A stretch of DNA of 64,000 bases from Alphaproteobacteria bacterium (GTDB taxonomy: Bacteria; Pseudomonadota; Alphaproteobacteria; JBKEAR01): the NCBI GenBank assembly GCA_047972425.1, contig JBKEAR010000003.1:166422-230421 (forward strand), written 5' to 3'. Position numbers and translations under genes: made by a program. Positions 63,087 through 64,000 of this stretch are shown here, one piece after another; position 1 is the first letter of the stretch; every line of letters starts with the position of its first letter. The notes under the pieces were generated by a model. The model had not been told where the DNA came from and did not search any database. It was given only the letters and a program-made list of their open reading frames with translations.

Positions 63087-63139
63087 ATATATTCAATATT
63101 ATATCATCTATATAAATTAATAATAATATTGAAATATAA

Positions 63140-64000
63140 GGAAAAAACAATGAAACGTATTCCGGAACCTTTCCGTATAAAAATGGTTGAACCCATTCGG
63201 ATGACCAATTATAACGACCGTAAAAAAGCCATTGTAGAGGCTGGCTATAACCCATTTTCATTAAAAAGCAAAGATGTATATATTGATCTCTTAACTGATT
63301 CTGGCACAGGAGCCATGAGTGATAATCAGTGGGCTGGGTTGATGCTTGGTGATGAAGCTTATGCAGGAAGCCGAAACTTTTATAATCTCTACAATGCAGT
63401 ACAACATTTTTTTGGTTATGAATTTGTTATTCCGACCCATCAGGGGCGTGGTGCCGAACAAATTCTATTCCCTTGTTTGATCGAGAAAATGAAGCGGGAA
63501 AGAGGCGGTGATAAACCTGTATTTATTTCTAATTACCATTTCGATACAACCGCTGCACATATAGAACTTAATGGAGCTAAAGCGCTCAATATCGTAACTG
63601 AAAAAGCTTTTGATACAAAAACCTACTATGATTGGAAAGGGAATTTCGATTTAGAAAAGCTTGAAACGACTATTGCAGAGCATGGCAGCAAAAATATTGC
63701 AGCAATTGTCACAACAGTTACATGTAACAGCTCAGGCGGCCAGCCCATCTCTATGGCAAATATGCGTTCTGTACACGAGATTGCTAAAAAGCATAATATT
63801 CCCGTTGTTATTGATTCTGCGCGTTATTGCGAAAATGCCTATTTCATCAAACAACGTGAAAAAGGTTATGAAAATAAATCGATTTTAGAAATTATTAGAG
63901 AAATGTATTGTTATGGCGATATGCTGACAATGTCGGCTAAAAAAGACCCTATGGTTAATATCGGCGGATTATGCTGTATAAAAGGTGATAAAGAACTTTT
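63140..64000 (+). CDS. Tryptophanase / tyrosine phenol-lyase family beta-eliminating lyase (PLP-dependent), 3' end beyond window
   Basis: [15 protein letters not shown]...[30 protein letters not shown]...[10 protein letters not shown]...NFDLEKLE...[23 protein letters not shown]...[13 protein letters not shown]. Strong collinear similarity to E. coli TnaA and Citrobacter TPL, including the PLP-lysine region SAKKD. In frame from the ATG at 63140 to the window end. Confidence 0.8.

Noticed and set aside
63067-63261. 64-aa minus-strand ORF spanning the mini-ORF/lyase junction
   Set aside because: Antisense to the tryptophanase-family start region. AT-rich chance ORF.

Overview
The window is mostly a chromosomal core segment of a low-GC alphaproteobacterium. 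Gene content and order match Rhizobiales, with a Bartonellaceae-like syntenic block. On the + strand that block is: yebC-ruvC-ruvA-ruvB-ybgC-tolQ-tolR-tolA-tolB-pal-cpoB-tilS-ftsH-folP-glmM. Later comes tRNA-Leu-tig-clpP-clpX-lon-hupB-tRNA-Val-tRNA-Asp-tRNA-Asp. Other recognisable genes on the - strand include rpsU, rpmE, efp, gap, suhB, accB-accC-aroQ, hisI, metC and nudF. On the + strand there are also pfk, PPK2, cyaY, zapA, nrdJ (class II RNR), hom, recJ, hemN and znuCB. An untracked 6S RNA (ssrS) sits in the conserved zapA-ssrS-ygfA position. A sugE/gdx-type SMR gene is interrupted by one in-frame TAA. The most interesting region is the 3' end, directly downstream of the tandem tRNA-Asp genes. 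It holds a YheO/DauR-family regulator preceded by a perfect 22-bp Fur-box-like palindrome. A well-SD'd 19-codon Trp-containing mini-ORF follows. Then comes a tryptophanase/tyrosine phenol-lyase family gene that runs off the window. This looks like an accessory, possibly leader-peptide-controlled, aromatic amino acid lyase module. Other oddities are a stand-alone degenerate DEAD-box helicase domain-2 protein with a polybasic tail, a trigger factor with a histone-H1-like AKK-repeat tail, and a His-rich lipoprotein. I saw no CRISPR arrays, IS elements or phage genes.
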